Shown piece by piece: positions 11,939 to 23,140 of a DNA stretch of 64,000 nucleotides; position 1 is the stretch's first letter, and the number at the start of each line of letters is the position of its first letter. Source of the stretch: Bilabrum cf. latius. Taxonomy: Eukaryota. The stretch lies in assembly GCA_965178125.1 (NCBI GenBank), contig OZ237740.1:1302001-1366000 (forward strand). The letters are read 5' to 3'. The notes under the pieces are model-generated. The model saw nothing but the letters and a program-made list of their open reading frames with translations. It had not been told where the DNA came from and made no database searches. The position numbers and the translations under genes were made by a program.

Positions 11939-14616
11939 ATGCTTGGCGCGGCATTCGCACTCGCCGCAATTTCTTGCGTGCATGCTTATTACAAGCCCGA
12001 TTACTCTCTACCATGGATGAACAAGTAGGATTCCGCTGACCAGCGCGCGAGCATCCTCCTGCAGCACATGAATGTGACTGAAAAGATCCACATGCTCCAC
12101 GGCTCGGCCACCTCGCCAGAGGCGGGCCGCTACGTCGGCGGCGTTGGGTACCAGGCGCGGCTTAACATCCCAAACATCAACTTGAACGATGGCCCCCAGG
12201 GCTTTCGCAACGCCGACAGCTCGCTTCGCGGGACCTCGACTGCATGGCCTTCGGGATTGACGATCGGATCCACCTTCGACGTTCAGTCTGCTCGCCTGTG
12301 GGGCGAGATGATGGGCGAAGAGTTCCTCGGAAAAGGCGCCAACGTGCAGTTGGGCCCGGGAGTGTGCCTGGCCCGAGTGCCGCAGTGCGGTGAGTACCTC
12401 CGCTTGAGACCCGGGCTGTTTGCTCGTCGATTGCCTACGAATGCTTAAGCCTGAAAAGTTGTTTGCCTTCGAATGGTTAAACCTGACTTGTTGTTTGCCT
12501 TCGGATGGTTAAGCCTGAATTGCGAGTTGCTCCCATCGCAGGCCGCGCCTTTGAGTACATTAGCGGCGGCGACCCCTTCCTCGGGTACAAAATGGTGCAG
12601 CCCGCCATCGAGGGGATACAGTCCTACGGCGTGGTCGCCAATGCGAAACACTACATCCTGAACTCTTAGGAGACGAATCGAACGACGACGACGGCTGGAA
12701 TCGATGAGAGGACTTTCTTTGAGATGTACATTCCTCCGTTTGCCGGCGCATCGGAAGCAGGGGTTGGCAGTATCATGTGTTCATACAACAAAATAAGCTA
12801 CGACGGCAAGCCTACACGGTGGAGCTGTGAGAACAACGACACGCTGGGCGTGGACTTCAAGAAGAGGATCGGATTCGAGGGATGGGGTGAGAGAGATTGA
12901 GCTGTCGGATCGAGGCCCATCGCATCGAGCACACAGTGTTCAGCCAACCGCGCTCGTTAACCCTTGGCACCTGCCTTGGCAAATCCACAAGACGCACTGT
13001 TGTGTCAAAAGCCCGTTCCTCACTCTAGACTGTCCGCAGTGATGTCCGACTGGGGCGCCACCCACTCGACCTCGATCAACCAGGGTCTGGACCAGGAGAT
13101 GCCGGGGGCCCACTACATGGGCGGCGAGACCGGCGGCGAGTGCACCGAGCTGTGCGCCGCTGTCAAGAGCGGAGAGGTCTCCATGGACAAGCTTGACGAC
13201 TCGGTCTCTCGCATCTTCAAGCAGCTCTTCAAGATGGGCGTCTTCGACAGGGACCAGTCCAACACCACCAGCAACAACGTGACTTCGCCCGCGCACAACG
13301 CCGCCGCCCGGGAGCTCGCGGCCCGCTCCACCATCCTGCTCAAGAACGACGGCGGACTCCTGCCCATCGACGGGACCGCCTCCAAGATCACCATCGCCGT
13401 GCTCGGCGCCCAGGCGCAGCACCCCATCGTGCACGGCGGCGGCTCCGGCCAGGTGTACCCCTACTACACCTCCAGCCCGCTGGACGCCATCTACGAGGAG
13501 CTCGGCATCAAGAGCCCCGGCCCGCCCCCGAACAACTGCTCGGACGGACACTTCAGCAAGGGCATCGACTACTTCAACCAGGACGGGCAGACCCAGGCGC
13601 CGGCCGCCTCGGCGGAGGCCTGCTGCCTCCTGTGCGCCGAGCGAGGCGAGCCCTGCGAGGCCTTCAGCTTCACAGACAGCGGGGAGTGCTACATGAAGGC
13701 TGACAGCAAGAACCCTCAGCCAAACTCGAAGGTGACAGGCGGGATCGTGGTCTCCAAGCCCAACCAGCAGCCCGTCTGCGACTCGTCGGGGGACAAGTGC
13801 GTCTACTACGCCGACGGCACCAACACCTCGCTGGCCCAGGAGTACGCCAGCAAGGCCGACATCGCGCTCGTGTTCGTGGCCACCACCTCCCACGAGGGCG
13901 CGGACAGGGAGACCCTGGACCTGGACCCCCCTGCCAACACGCTGACCTCCGCCGTGGGCCAGGTGCAGCCCAAGACCGCCGTGCTCATGGTACACCCGGG
14001 CCCCGTCAACACGCCCTTCCGCGACGACGTGGCGGCCATCGTGGCCAACTTCATGCCGGGCCAGGAGTACGGACACGCTCTCATGGACGTGCTCTTCGGG
14101 CGGGCCAACCCGTTCGCTCGACTGCCCATCACCTTTCACGCCGAGAACCAGACGGTGCTGACCCCGCAGCAGTGGCCTGGATTCAACAACCATGAGGAAT
14201 ACAGCGAGAAGCTACTGGTGGATTATCGTTTCTACGATGCCCATGGACTCGAGCCGGCCTTTCCCTTCGGACATGGCCTGTCCTACACGGCATTCGAATA
14301 CTATGGCCTCAAGGTCAGCTCGGGCATGGTCACCTTTTACGTGAAGAACAAGGGCAACGTTGTGGGCTCCGAGATCGCGCAGGTGTACCTGGGCTTCCCC
14401 GAGTCCGCCGGTGAGCCGCCCAAGCAGCTCAAGAACTTCATCAAGCTGGACCTAGCCGCGGGGGCCCTTTCGCAGGTCAACCTGCCGCTGGACGACCGCA
14501 GCAAGTCCATCTGGGACGTGGAGCAGCACGACTGGAAGGTCGTGTCGGGCGAATTCAAGGTGTACGTGGGAGCCTCCAGCAGGGACATCCGCCTGACCGG
14601 GTCCTTCACCGTGTGA
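11939..14616 (+). CDS. Secreted GH3 beta-glucosidase (exons 11939-12389, 12542-12886, 13040-14616) with PAN/Apple-like insert and C-terminal Fn3-like domain
   Basis: Signal peptide. Motifs DGPQGFR, GANVQLGPG, GRAFEY, AKHYILNS*ETNR, IMCSYNK, GWVMSDWG (catalytic Asp), EGADR, PAFPFGHGLSYT, VYVGASSRDIRL. Two GT-AG introns restore the motifs across the junctions. TAG at 12026 and 12667. Confidence 0.93.
12390..12541 (+). other. Spliceosomal intron 1 of the GH3 gene
   Basis: GTGAGT...CCCATCGCAG. Splicing yields the conserved VPQCGRAFEY. Confidence 0.88.
12887..13039 (+). other. Spliceosomal intron 2 of the GH3 gene
   Basis: GTGAGA...TGTCCGCAG. Splicing yields the conserved GFEGWVMSDWG. Confidence 0.9.
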
Positions 14617-14932
14617 ATCCATCCGGTCGAGAGGGAGGCGCGGCGCTGATGGATGTGTCTGGCGGGCCCTGGCTGCCCGACCACAGTGTGTGCAGAGGAT
14701 CAGCCACCTACACCACGGGCTGGTTGTGTTTTTGCAAAGTCAGTCGCACAGAATATCCACCTTAGCTGTTAGCAACAAGGCAGAAAGAGTAGAAAGTTGT
14801 AGAGATATTCATCACCGGTGTCCTTGGGCGCAGCATGACGGTAAGAATCTCAAGCAGCACACGATCCATCGAGTTTGTGAGCACTGAACTCAATATCCAC
14901 CTCTACGACATTGACGTGGCTCACCTGCTCCA

Positions 14933-16579
14933 TCACGTCTGCATGGGCCATTGCCCCCGCCCCGCGTGTACTTCTGCATCGCCCCTTCTGCTCGTACCAC
15001 CGCCCCCGGTGCCGCCCGAAGGTCCCAGCAGCCTCCTCGATAGCCGCAGCATGCTGGCCGCGTACGACACCCTCTGCTCGGGACGTAAGAAGAAGCCCAT
15101 TGGCGGCGCGAGCCCGCTCCTTCTCCCTGCACCGGCAGCAGAGGAGGAAGCCGATGCCTGCGCGGAGCCCCCCCCCTCCCCCTCCCCGGCTGCCAGTCTG
15201 CTAGGCGTCCCTAGGCCGAGACTAACAAGACCCATTTCGGACGCTACCTGCTTCGTGATGCGCATCCGCTGCTGTCTTAGCGCTATGCTGCGCGCGGCGT
15301 CATGCTTCGCCCCAGTATCTGCAGCTGCTGCTCCAGTCCCTGTATGGGTGGTCTTCTATGCTGCTGTGAGTGGCACCAATGGGCCCTTCGGAGAGTTGCC
15401 ATCCGACGAGCACGCCTTGCCTCCGCTAGCTTCCTTAGACCCGGTGCCTCGGGGGCTTTCCATTGCAGCAGATGGTACCGCCGTCGATGCACCACCTGAA
15501 CCGGACGTGCCTGCTCTTTGGGTTCGGTGCAAGCCGGCACCAGCCACGGGACGTGCCTGCTCCTGAATTGCACCATCGTGCTCGACGGCTACATCGGGCA
15601 GCCCGGGCTCCATGACCGCGATGCGAGGGGGCAGTGGCAGCTCCCCGCCCGCCACCCGTCTGGCTAGCACGAAGGCCCGCTGCCTGGCCCGGACTGGCAC
15701 TGCGGGAGGGGGCATGTGCGCCGCCCGGGCGAAGAACCTGGGGAACACGGAGGACCAGGACGAGAGCGAGTACCTGCGAGCCACGTCAGTCTCGGACTCG
15801 GATTTGGGCTGGGCCGCGCTGCCACTGCCACTGCCACTGCCACTGCCACTGCCACTGCCACTGCCACTGCCACTGCCACTGGAGCCGGCACTGGAGCTGG
15901 CGCTGCTGGGCGGCGAGCTGACTGGGTGCTCGGCCCCTACTGCGGTGTGCCTGTCGATCCAGGGCGCTGACACGGCCGGGATGGGAGGCTTCGCGAGCTG
16001 TGCTTCCCCCAGCGGGGGTGCTCGCTCAAGCAAGTGCTCCCACTGGAGCGACCGGAGTGCTCTCTGCACGGCAGGGGCGAAAGCGACCGACGTCTGCGCC
16101 CCGCCGAACCGACTCACCGGTGCGACAGAGATGCACTCTGCCTCCCGAACCAAAAGGACTGGCTCGGGCAGCCATCGGCCGGGGACCCTGCACGATCGCA
16201 GCTCGGCGGCAAGGATTCGAAGGATTCGACGCTCGAGCATGGCGCCCGGGGATCCTTCTTTTGAGCCCCTGTCCCAAACACGGTCTTCGTCTAAGCGATC
16301 GAGCTCCTGTGGATCCCACGACTCTGTGACTCTAACATCGAGCTGCTCCAGGGCTTCCTCCGTCAGTGCAGCCTGCATAAAGCACTGGCTATCGGCAAGC
16401 ATGGCAGGCACGCACACAAGAGGATCAGATTCCGTGGTACCAATTTCAACGGGAGTATTGCCTACGGCCATCACGTACGCATTTTGTTGCTACATTGTAG
16501 ATCGTTGCTGCGCTTTGCCCTCTAGTGTCATGGCTACCAGATTTGCGACCCATACTTCGCCCTGCAGCAAAGACGACAT
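14933..16579 (-). CDS. Hypothetical protein with an N-terminal TPP1/Est3-like OB fold and a disordered C-terminus
   Basis: ATG 16579 (MSSLLQGEVWVANLV) to TGA 14933 through two TAG. The pattern WVANLV...AMLADSQCFMQAALTEEAL...RRILRI...PEPVLLVRE resembles the TPP1 OB domain by eye only. Confidence 0.55.
15820..15880. repeat. (GCCACT)n hexamer microsatellite encoding a (Gly-Ser)n linker
   Basis: About 10 perfect copies of gccact inside the 14933-16579 CDS. Confidence 0.95.
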
Positions 16580-16757
16580 TCAACAAGTGATGGATAGACA
16601 ACACATGTAAAGATGCAGCAGGTATTGCCCAAACTGCAGCGTCCTGGCCACTGGATTTGAAAAGTAGGCTCCGAATCAAGCCTCGCGCACATCACTTAAT
16701 TCTCCCTGACGATCAACCAAGACCACATAGCCGGCAGTTGGCGGTGTCACTGCAACG

Positions 16758-18818
16758 ATGGTATCCACAGGGGTGGCACGGGGCTTGCGATCATTTTTGA
16801 GATCGCTACCGCCATCAACAGAGTGGGCCAGGATTGCAGCAGGAAGTCACCCCACTTGTCCTGGGCCTTTGAACGTTGTTGTTGGAAATTAGGCGGCGGA
16901 TGCGGATTCTATCATAAGTTCGGTGGTTATGGCTTTCGCTCTGCAGCATGGATCCTCGTTTGCTGGGGCTCAGGAGCATCTGGCGGAGTGGGGCGCTGAG
17001 CGCTGGCGCCCGTCTTGCACGACAGATACCGACCTGTCGAAGACTCACGGCACGTTTGTCCCAATGGTTGCCACCAAAATAGCAGAGCTACCGCTGCGGC
17101 GCGAGGCAGTTTTGCTAGTCGAGGCCTCCACGGATGGAAGCTCAACAGAAGGGTTTGACCCGCTCGCGAGGATCGCCTGCCTCGATTCTGAAGGGATTGG
17201 GGAAGTGAGCAGTGCGTTGGCGAGTATATCTAGTAGCACAACAGGCTGTGGAGGCTCGACTTCTTCCTCCCCCTGCTCGGGCCTCGGCATCGTGCTCATG
17301 GACCACAACCGGCTCGAGCCAGGGGTCGTGCGGGCTCTTGGGTTTGGAAAGGAGGACGGCGGGCCGAGGGTTGATGCCGGTGATGGTGGCAGCAGTGGCT
17401 CGGCTCCGGATGGTTCGAGCGATGCAGCAGCCACAGGAGGCTCAGGCGAGCCCATTCCAGCAGCTGCCAGCGGGTAGGGGGCGTCTAGCGCTTCGGTCGC
17501 TCGCCACACTGGCACGGCCAGGGCCAGGGCCAGGGCTGTGGACCCTGGCTCGCTCGTCTGGGCGATCGTTGACCACCACGAGGATGAGGAGGTACATTTG
17601 GATGCTGCCGGTGGTTGCAACCGGGTCATCATGTTCGACAGCAAGGCGGGCAAGGGCATAGGAAGCACCTGCTCCATTGTCGCCGCGCATCTGCGGAATC
17701 TCGACCAAACGAGCGTTGACGTCAGCGGCGCCGCGCTGGCGCTGGCAGGCGTGGTTGCGCTGGACACTGCGTGCTTCGATCCGTCGAGAGGCAAGACCAC
17801 GGCCTTTGACGAGGCGAGCAGGGACTGGCTGCTGGAGCAGGTGCCCGGGGCCAGCCTGCTCGCCGCGGCGGGAGCACCCCCGTGCGATGCACCCACGGGT
17901 CTCTTGGAGGCCGGTGGTGGGGTCATGCCCGGCCTGGCAGTCAAGCAGGCGGCGCTGGCTCGCCTCTACGATCGGCTGCAGGTCGCAAAGTTTGATCCGA
18001 TCATGTGGGGCGCCATGAAGCCCGAGCTCGTGATAGGATTTGACCTGAAAACGCGGGTGCTGGACGTTGCACCAACAGTTTTAAAAGCCAAAAGTGGCAG
18101 TGCAATAGAGGAGGCCGCAGGTTCGGCCTGTGGCAGTGGCAAGGGCGCAGCACAGGTCGCTGTGGCAGCTGCCCTGTCGCCGATCGCTGGCCTCCTCCGC
18201 AGTCCCACGCTGGCGTCTGCCTGGGTTCGCGCCATCAGATCGTACTGCGAGTCCACCGGGGCGCGGCTGCTGGTCGTGATGACCCTGTGCCTGCCCTCAG
18301 CGAGGGCGGGTGTGCTCGCTGACCTCTACCGGGACAATGCAGGTCCAGGGGCAGGGGCAGGAGCAGACAGGGTGAAGAAGGCAGGTTTGCTGGATTGGAC
18401 TGTCCCCAGTCCAGCAGCAGAGGCCCGATCGCCAGGCAGAGCGGGCACGAGCACTGGTACCAGCGGCGCGGCAGAGAGCGAGAAAGAAAAATAGAAAGAG
18501 CAAAGCGCGTCGCGAGAGAGAGCGCCGCAGCGGGAGGCCCTGGTGTTTGCGCCTCGAAGAGAGGATGCGGTCGTAGCGGCAGAAATCTTGCTGAAGGATG
18601 GCAGCTTGCAGTGCTCTATTTGGTCGCAAGCGGACGCGCCCTCGTACGGCAGACCAGCTGGAGACGCGCCTGCTGAGTGTGATGCGGCTGCGCTCCTGTC
18701 CGAGGCATCAGGGGATATGGCCGGCAATTTCCTGCTCTTACGACAAGGGAACCAAGTCGCGTCCAGAAAGCAGCTTCTTCCTGTGTTAATGAAAGGACTG
18801 CAGGCCGCTTGGGGCTGA
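16758..18818 (+). CDS. DHH-family exopolyphosphatase (PRUNE/PPX1-like)
   Basis: Motifs VVVGN*AADADSIISS, LPLRREA, LMDHN, AIVDHH, GIGSTCSIVA, LAGVVALDT, FDLK and C-terminal QGNQVASRKQLLP. They form one protein only if TAG 16890, 17475 and 18492 are read through. TGA 18816-18818. Confidence 0.88.
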
Positions 18819-19025
18819 GCTTGACACGAGCTCGCCAGCTAAACCAGATTTCACGAACCTGCTCGATAGATTGCACTGTACTATCTGCGAGTCCGACAAA
18901 ATAATAGAACCCTTGTAGATCCCGTTATCGTGGCAAAACTTCGATTCAGTGATTTCCAAACTAATAGTTGTTATAAAATTCATCGTAGCCTGTTGTATCG
19001 AAGCAGTTGACTGCTTGCGCTGGTC

Positions 19026-22000
19026 ATGGAGCCGCCGCACTTGCAAGGGTCGGTTGGGCTCGGAAATTATCGTGAGCCAGCCGGTAGGGGCCCACATGGT
19101 CGAACTGTGTGGCCCCCACCAAGGCGTCAAACTAGGCTTGCACGACTTGGCACGCCAGACCATGGCATTGATGAAGGGAAGACTCAATAGCCGGCTTCGC
19201 AATCTCGATCAACGTAGCTACGCGGCCAGACAAGGCCGTAGATCGTCCGAGGCAGTCAAGTTGACAGCAGCTCACTCTCTGCGAGGCTTTTTGCAGCTGC
19301 ACGGCGAGGACGGGAGCGTGTCGGGATGTACTCTGGTACGCTCACTCCGCCGCAAGGTGCTGGGGGCGGTGCCACAGTCGGGCATAGCCAGGATTATGCG
19401 CCTCTTGAAGCTCTCCTTGCCGGAGACAGGTCAGTATCGTAGCAGCAGCCTACAAGTGGCGAGTCCATGCCTATCAACGGCGTATCAAGTCCTAGACTCG
19501 CCATGCTGCAGGCCTCCCAGCCAGCCTCGCGACACCGCCCCCACCTCGGGCCGTCCTGGAGCGGCGCCAGCTCGGCAGTCGGTAGTCCACCGCACAGCGA
19601 CACGATTGGATCCAATGGGTACTCTCTGAATGCCTCGATTCTAGGGGCACCTCAGGCAGAGTTACACACCACGAGGCACGGCCAGAAGTCGAGCCCATCT
19701 GATACCCCCAAGGAGCGGCTCTCGGCCGGCCGCAGCCTAGGAGCACCCTCTGCCCCACCGCTGTTCGGAAGCAGCAGTCTTCAGACAGCCGCATACCAGG
19801 CCGCCTCTCATCACCACCGACCGTCTGCAAGCGACCCGGAGGATGTGCTGTTCCCCGCACCTGCTTGCTCGCTGGATGATGTCTTGGGCGAGCTGGTGCT
19901 CGGTACCAGCACGCACGCCCGCGCCGCCTCGCTGGCAGCAAGCACGGCGGGTGCAGGGGCTGCCGGCGCTCCCTCTTCCGACTTAGTGGATCGTGAAATG
20001 GGTGGGTCGAGAAGGTACGGCAAGCGCGGTTCACCAGCATCAAGTAGATCCCTGCGAGACAGAGAGGGTTACTCACCGTCTCAAGCAGCTGCAGTGCGCA
20101 TGGACGTGAATGAGCGCTTGCTTCGCACCTCTCGCGCCGATCTGCTCCGTGACGTTGAGGAAGACACCGGCATGTTTCCGATCACGGTGCGGCTGACTCT
20201 GTTCGGGTGCAGGCAGCGCGAGAGAAAGGCCAGGCTGCATCGGGCGGATCTTGATGAGCTGCGGCTTGTGGCTGGTGCGCATTTTGGGCACATGCTGCCG
20301 CGAGGAATAGGTGGGCAATCGGGCAGGGACCAAGGTCGTGATGGACAGCAAAAGCGCAAGCAGCAGCAGTCATCGTGGGCCGCTTCGGTCTCATCGATGG
20401 GGCTGTTTTCGGACCGTACCGATATCGACACTGTGTCTGTCGATGTAGGGACAAAGCCCAGGCTTGAGGTGCGCGCTGCGGCACTCAGCGAGCTGCAGAG
20501 CGTCTCGGACGCGCAGCTGGGAGGCAAGCGCCGTGATGAAGACGGAGACGAAGACCAAGATGGTGCTCTTGAGCCAGGCACAGAGAGCGGGCAGGCCCCA
20601 GGCATTGCGTTGATGCGGGCATCTAGAGGTCCGCTGCTGCAATCTAGCGAGGATCTGGCGGCATATTTGTCGGCGTGGCAGAGGCGCAGGGCGGACGACT
20701 TGACCAGCAGCAGGACGCAGGTGCTGTCCTCTGCCCCGCTGGTGGTGGTGACTCTGCCTAGGGCGGCTGCACTCGTGGCCGCGCGGCTGAGGAGGGGTGA
20801 GTCCGGGGAGGGCTGTGATTGGGTCGGCAATGGAGGTAGCGGCAGCGACGGGTGGGTCTTCGAGGCTCTGGCCGCGCCGAGAGGCTCTGCTGTGGCTAGT
20901 GGCCAGGTCGGCTCGCTGGCGCTGGCGCTGACGCCTGCTCGGCTGGTCTCTCGCGCACCGTCGCGAGCCGCGTCGCCAGTACGTATGCTTGGCGACGGGG
21001 CCCGCAGTCTGGGCAGCTCAGGCTCCGTTGCGAGCGTCAAGAGCGGGTCTACTGCGGGAGACGATGAAGGCCTGGTGGGCTCTCGAAGGAGACGTGGCGC
21101 TGACGAAGGCGGTGGGCTATAGGCTGCCGGCCTTGGGTCGAGTGGACGCAGCGTGGGCGCACCCGTGGGGCTTGATGTCGAAGAGGTGGTAGTGAGGTTG
21201 AAGAAGCGGGGCGCTGCCTCGGGAGGCAGAGGCGGCATGCATGCGACGGACGGGCTCCAGCGTGGTTCGTCTCGGCGTGGGCTCCTGTCACCGAAGTCAG
21301 TGGCCTCCATGCTGGAGAGAAAGAGGCGCATGGCGGAGCCAAGGGTGGAAGGGGATTCGGGATAGGGGCAGGATATGGACAGTGTGAAGGAGCTGGGAGA
21401 CTCTGATTGGCTGCATGGCGTACGCGAATCGGTGGTAGACGAAAGTGTTACGTTGATCCAGGCAGGGGGCAAGGGCGTGGAGAACTCTGAGACTAGGCAC
21501 GACGTGGATCCAAGCAGTGACACTGGTGAAAGGGGCATTCGTGGCAGCGATAGCGGCAAGGGCAGCATAGCCAAGCCAGGATCTGCGACTGCTCGTCCAG
21601 ACGGCACACCCAGCCCGTCGGACGATCAGGCTACTGCAAGACCACTCTCACGAGATGGCCAGCACCATCCCATGGAGCAGGAGCGACAGGTCGACTTGAA
21701 GACTGGAAGCGAGCAGGGACGAGGGGCCGCTCGCTCCCGGCCCCCGTTGCGAGCGCCGGTTCGGATGTACGAGTCGCCCGCCATCACGCCAGACTCCACC
21801 CCGGCCTCAAGCAGGGCAGCAAGTCCCAAGCGCCCCCCCGGCAAACCTCCCGTGCAGCGCGCCGGCACATCATCGACGTCAGTGAGCGCTGAAGCGCATT
21901 CCGTACCAATGAGATCCAGGAACAGATCAAGAGCCGAATCCCGCGACAGCACGTCCACCACTGGCCCCATGCTGGCCGAGCCGCTGGGCCATCTGTCGTC

Positions 22001-22994
22001 ATCCGGCCACAAGGACCAGAAAGCGTCGCCGCAAGATGGCTCCAAGAATATGCCTGAAGCTGCAGCTGCCCTCTCTCGTGTGACAGACAGCGCTGAAGCC
22101 GCAGCTCCCCTCTCTCGTGTGACAGACAGCGTTGTGACCCCTCCTCACCGCCGGTCCAGGCCAGCCAGCGGCCGGGCTTCCCCTGCCAGAAGCTCACCGT
22201 CTATATCGGGTGTCTCTAGCAGAGCCACATCTCCAGGTGCGGGCCAGCGGATGGGAGGCAGTGAGCACGGATCGCGCGGTAGCAGCATCGGCAAGAGTGC
22301 AGGTAGACACGTCAGCGAAGCTAAGGACAAGAACGCAGATGCAGATGAAGTGAGCAGCGCCGGCGGCGGGCCCCCGAAGCCCAGCCCTCGCTACCGCGTG
22401 CTGCTAAAGCTCAGCCCGCATGCAGCACGCAAGGTGGCGAGCTTCAGGAGCAAGCAGCCGGGCGCAGTTTCCAGCGACGACCAGGCTCCGACACGGGCCA
22501 GCTTGCCTCCGCATGCGATCGGGCGCCCTGTCCCGACTCCTAGATACAGGGCAGCGAATCAGCACGCCGCCGGCAAATCGCGTACATCGGGCAGTTGGAA
22601 CCCGGGCGTTGCCCCTGAATCAGGGGGGCCTAGCTCCGGAACGAGTGGGCAAGGCGCACAGAGAGCATCGCCGGGGCGGTTGCACATGGCCGCGCAGGTC
22701 GCGACGAGTCGAGCAGAGGAAACTGCTCGCGCGTGGCGAGAGAGCAGGGCGCGAGCTGCCGCAACCTCACAGGGTGGCAGCAGTGTCCATGCCCAGCGCG
22801 GTCCGATGCCCACGGGCAGCAGCCCGGCAGAAAGGTTGCTGCGGCGAGGGTGGGTGCCTCCCCACATGAGCAGGTCAGCGGGCGGGCTCGCGGGGATCAG
22901 TCCCTTCGCTAGTCACAGGGCCTTGCTGATGCAGGACTCGTTCGGACCAGAGGGGCAAGGATTGGATGCCCCACATCGGCGGCAGGAGTATTGA
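19026..22994 (+). CDS. Hypothetical, largely disordered Ser/Arg/Pro-rich protein, ~1322 aa
   Basis: Single frame from ATG 19026 to TGA 22992-22994 with six TAG. No recognisable domain. Contains a 39-bp tandem duplication (EAAA(A/P)LSRVTDS x2, ~22053-22130). Confidence 0.65.
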
Positions 22995-23140
22995 AAGGAG
23001 TGACGTTTGCACCATGTCGGTAGCGCGTTGTGAATGTGGAATACGTTGTGGATCCTGACAGTAGGCAGCGGTCGATAGGATCTGGAATTGTAGCATAGCC
23101 TACAAGACTTTTCACCATGTATAGTTTAGATCAAATCCGA

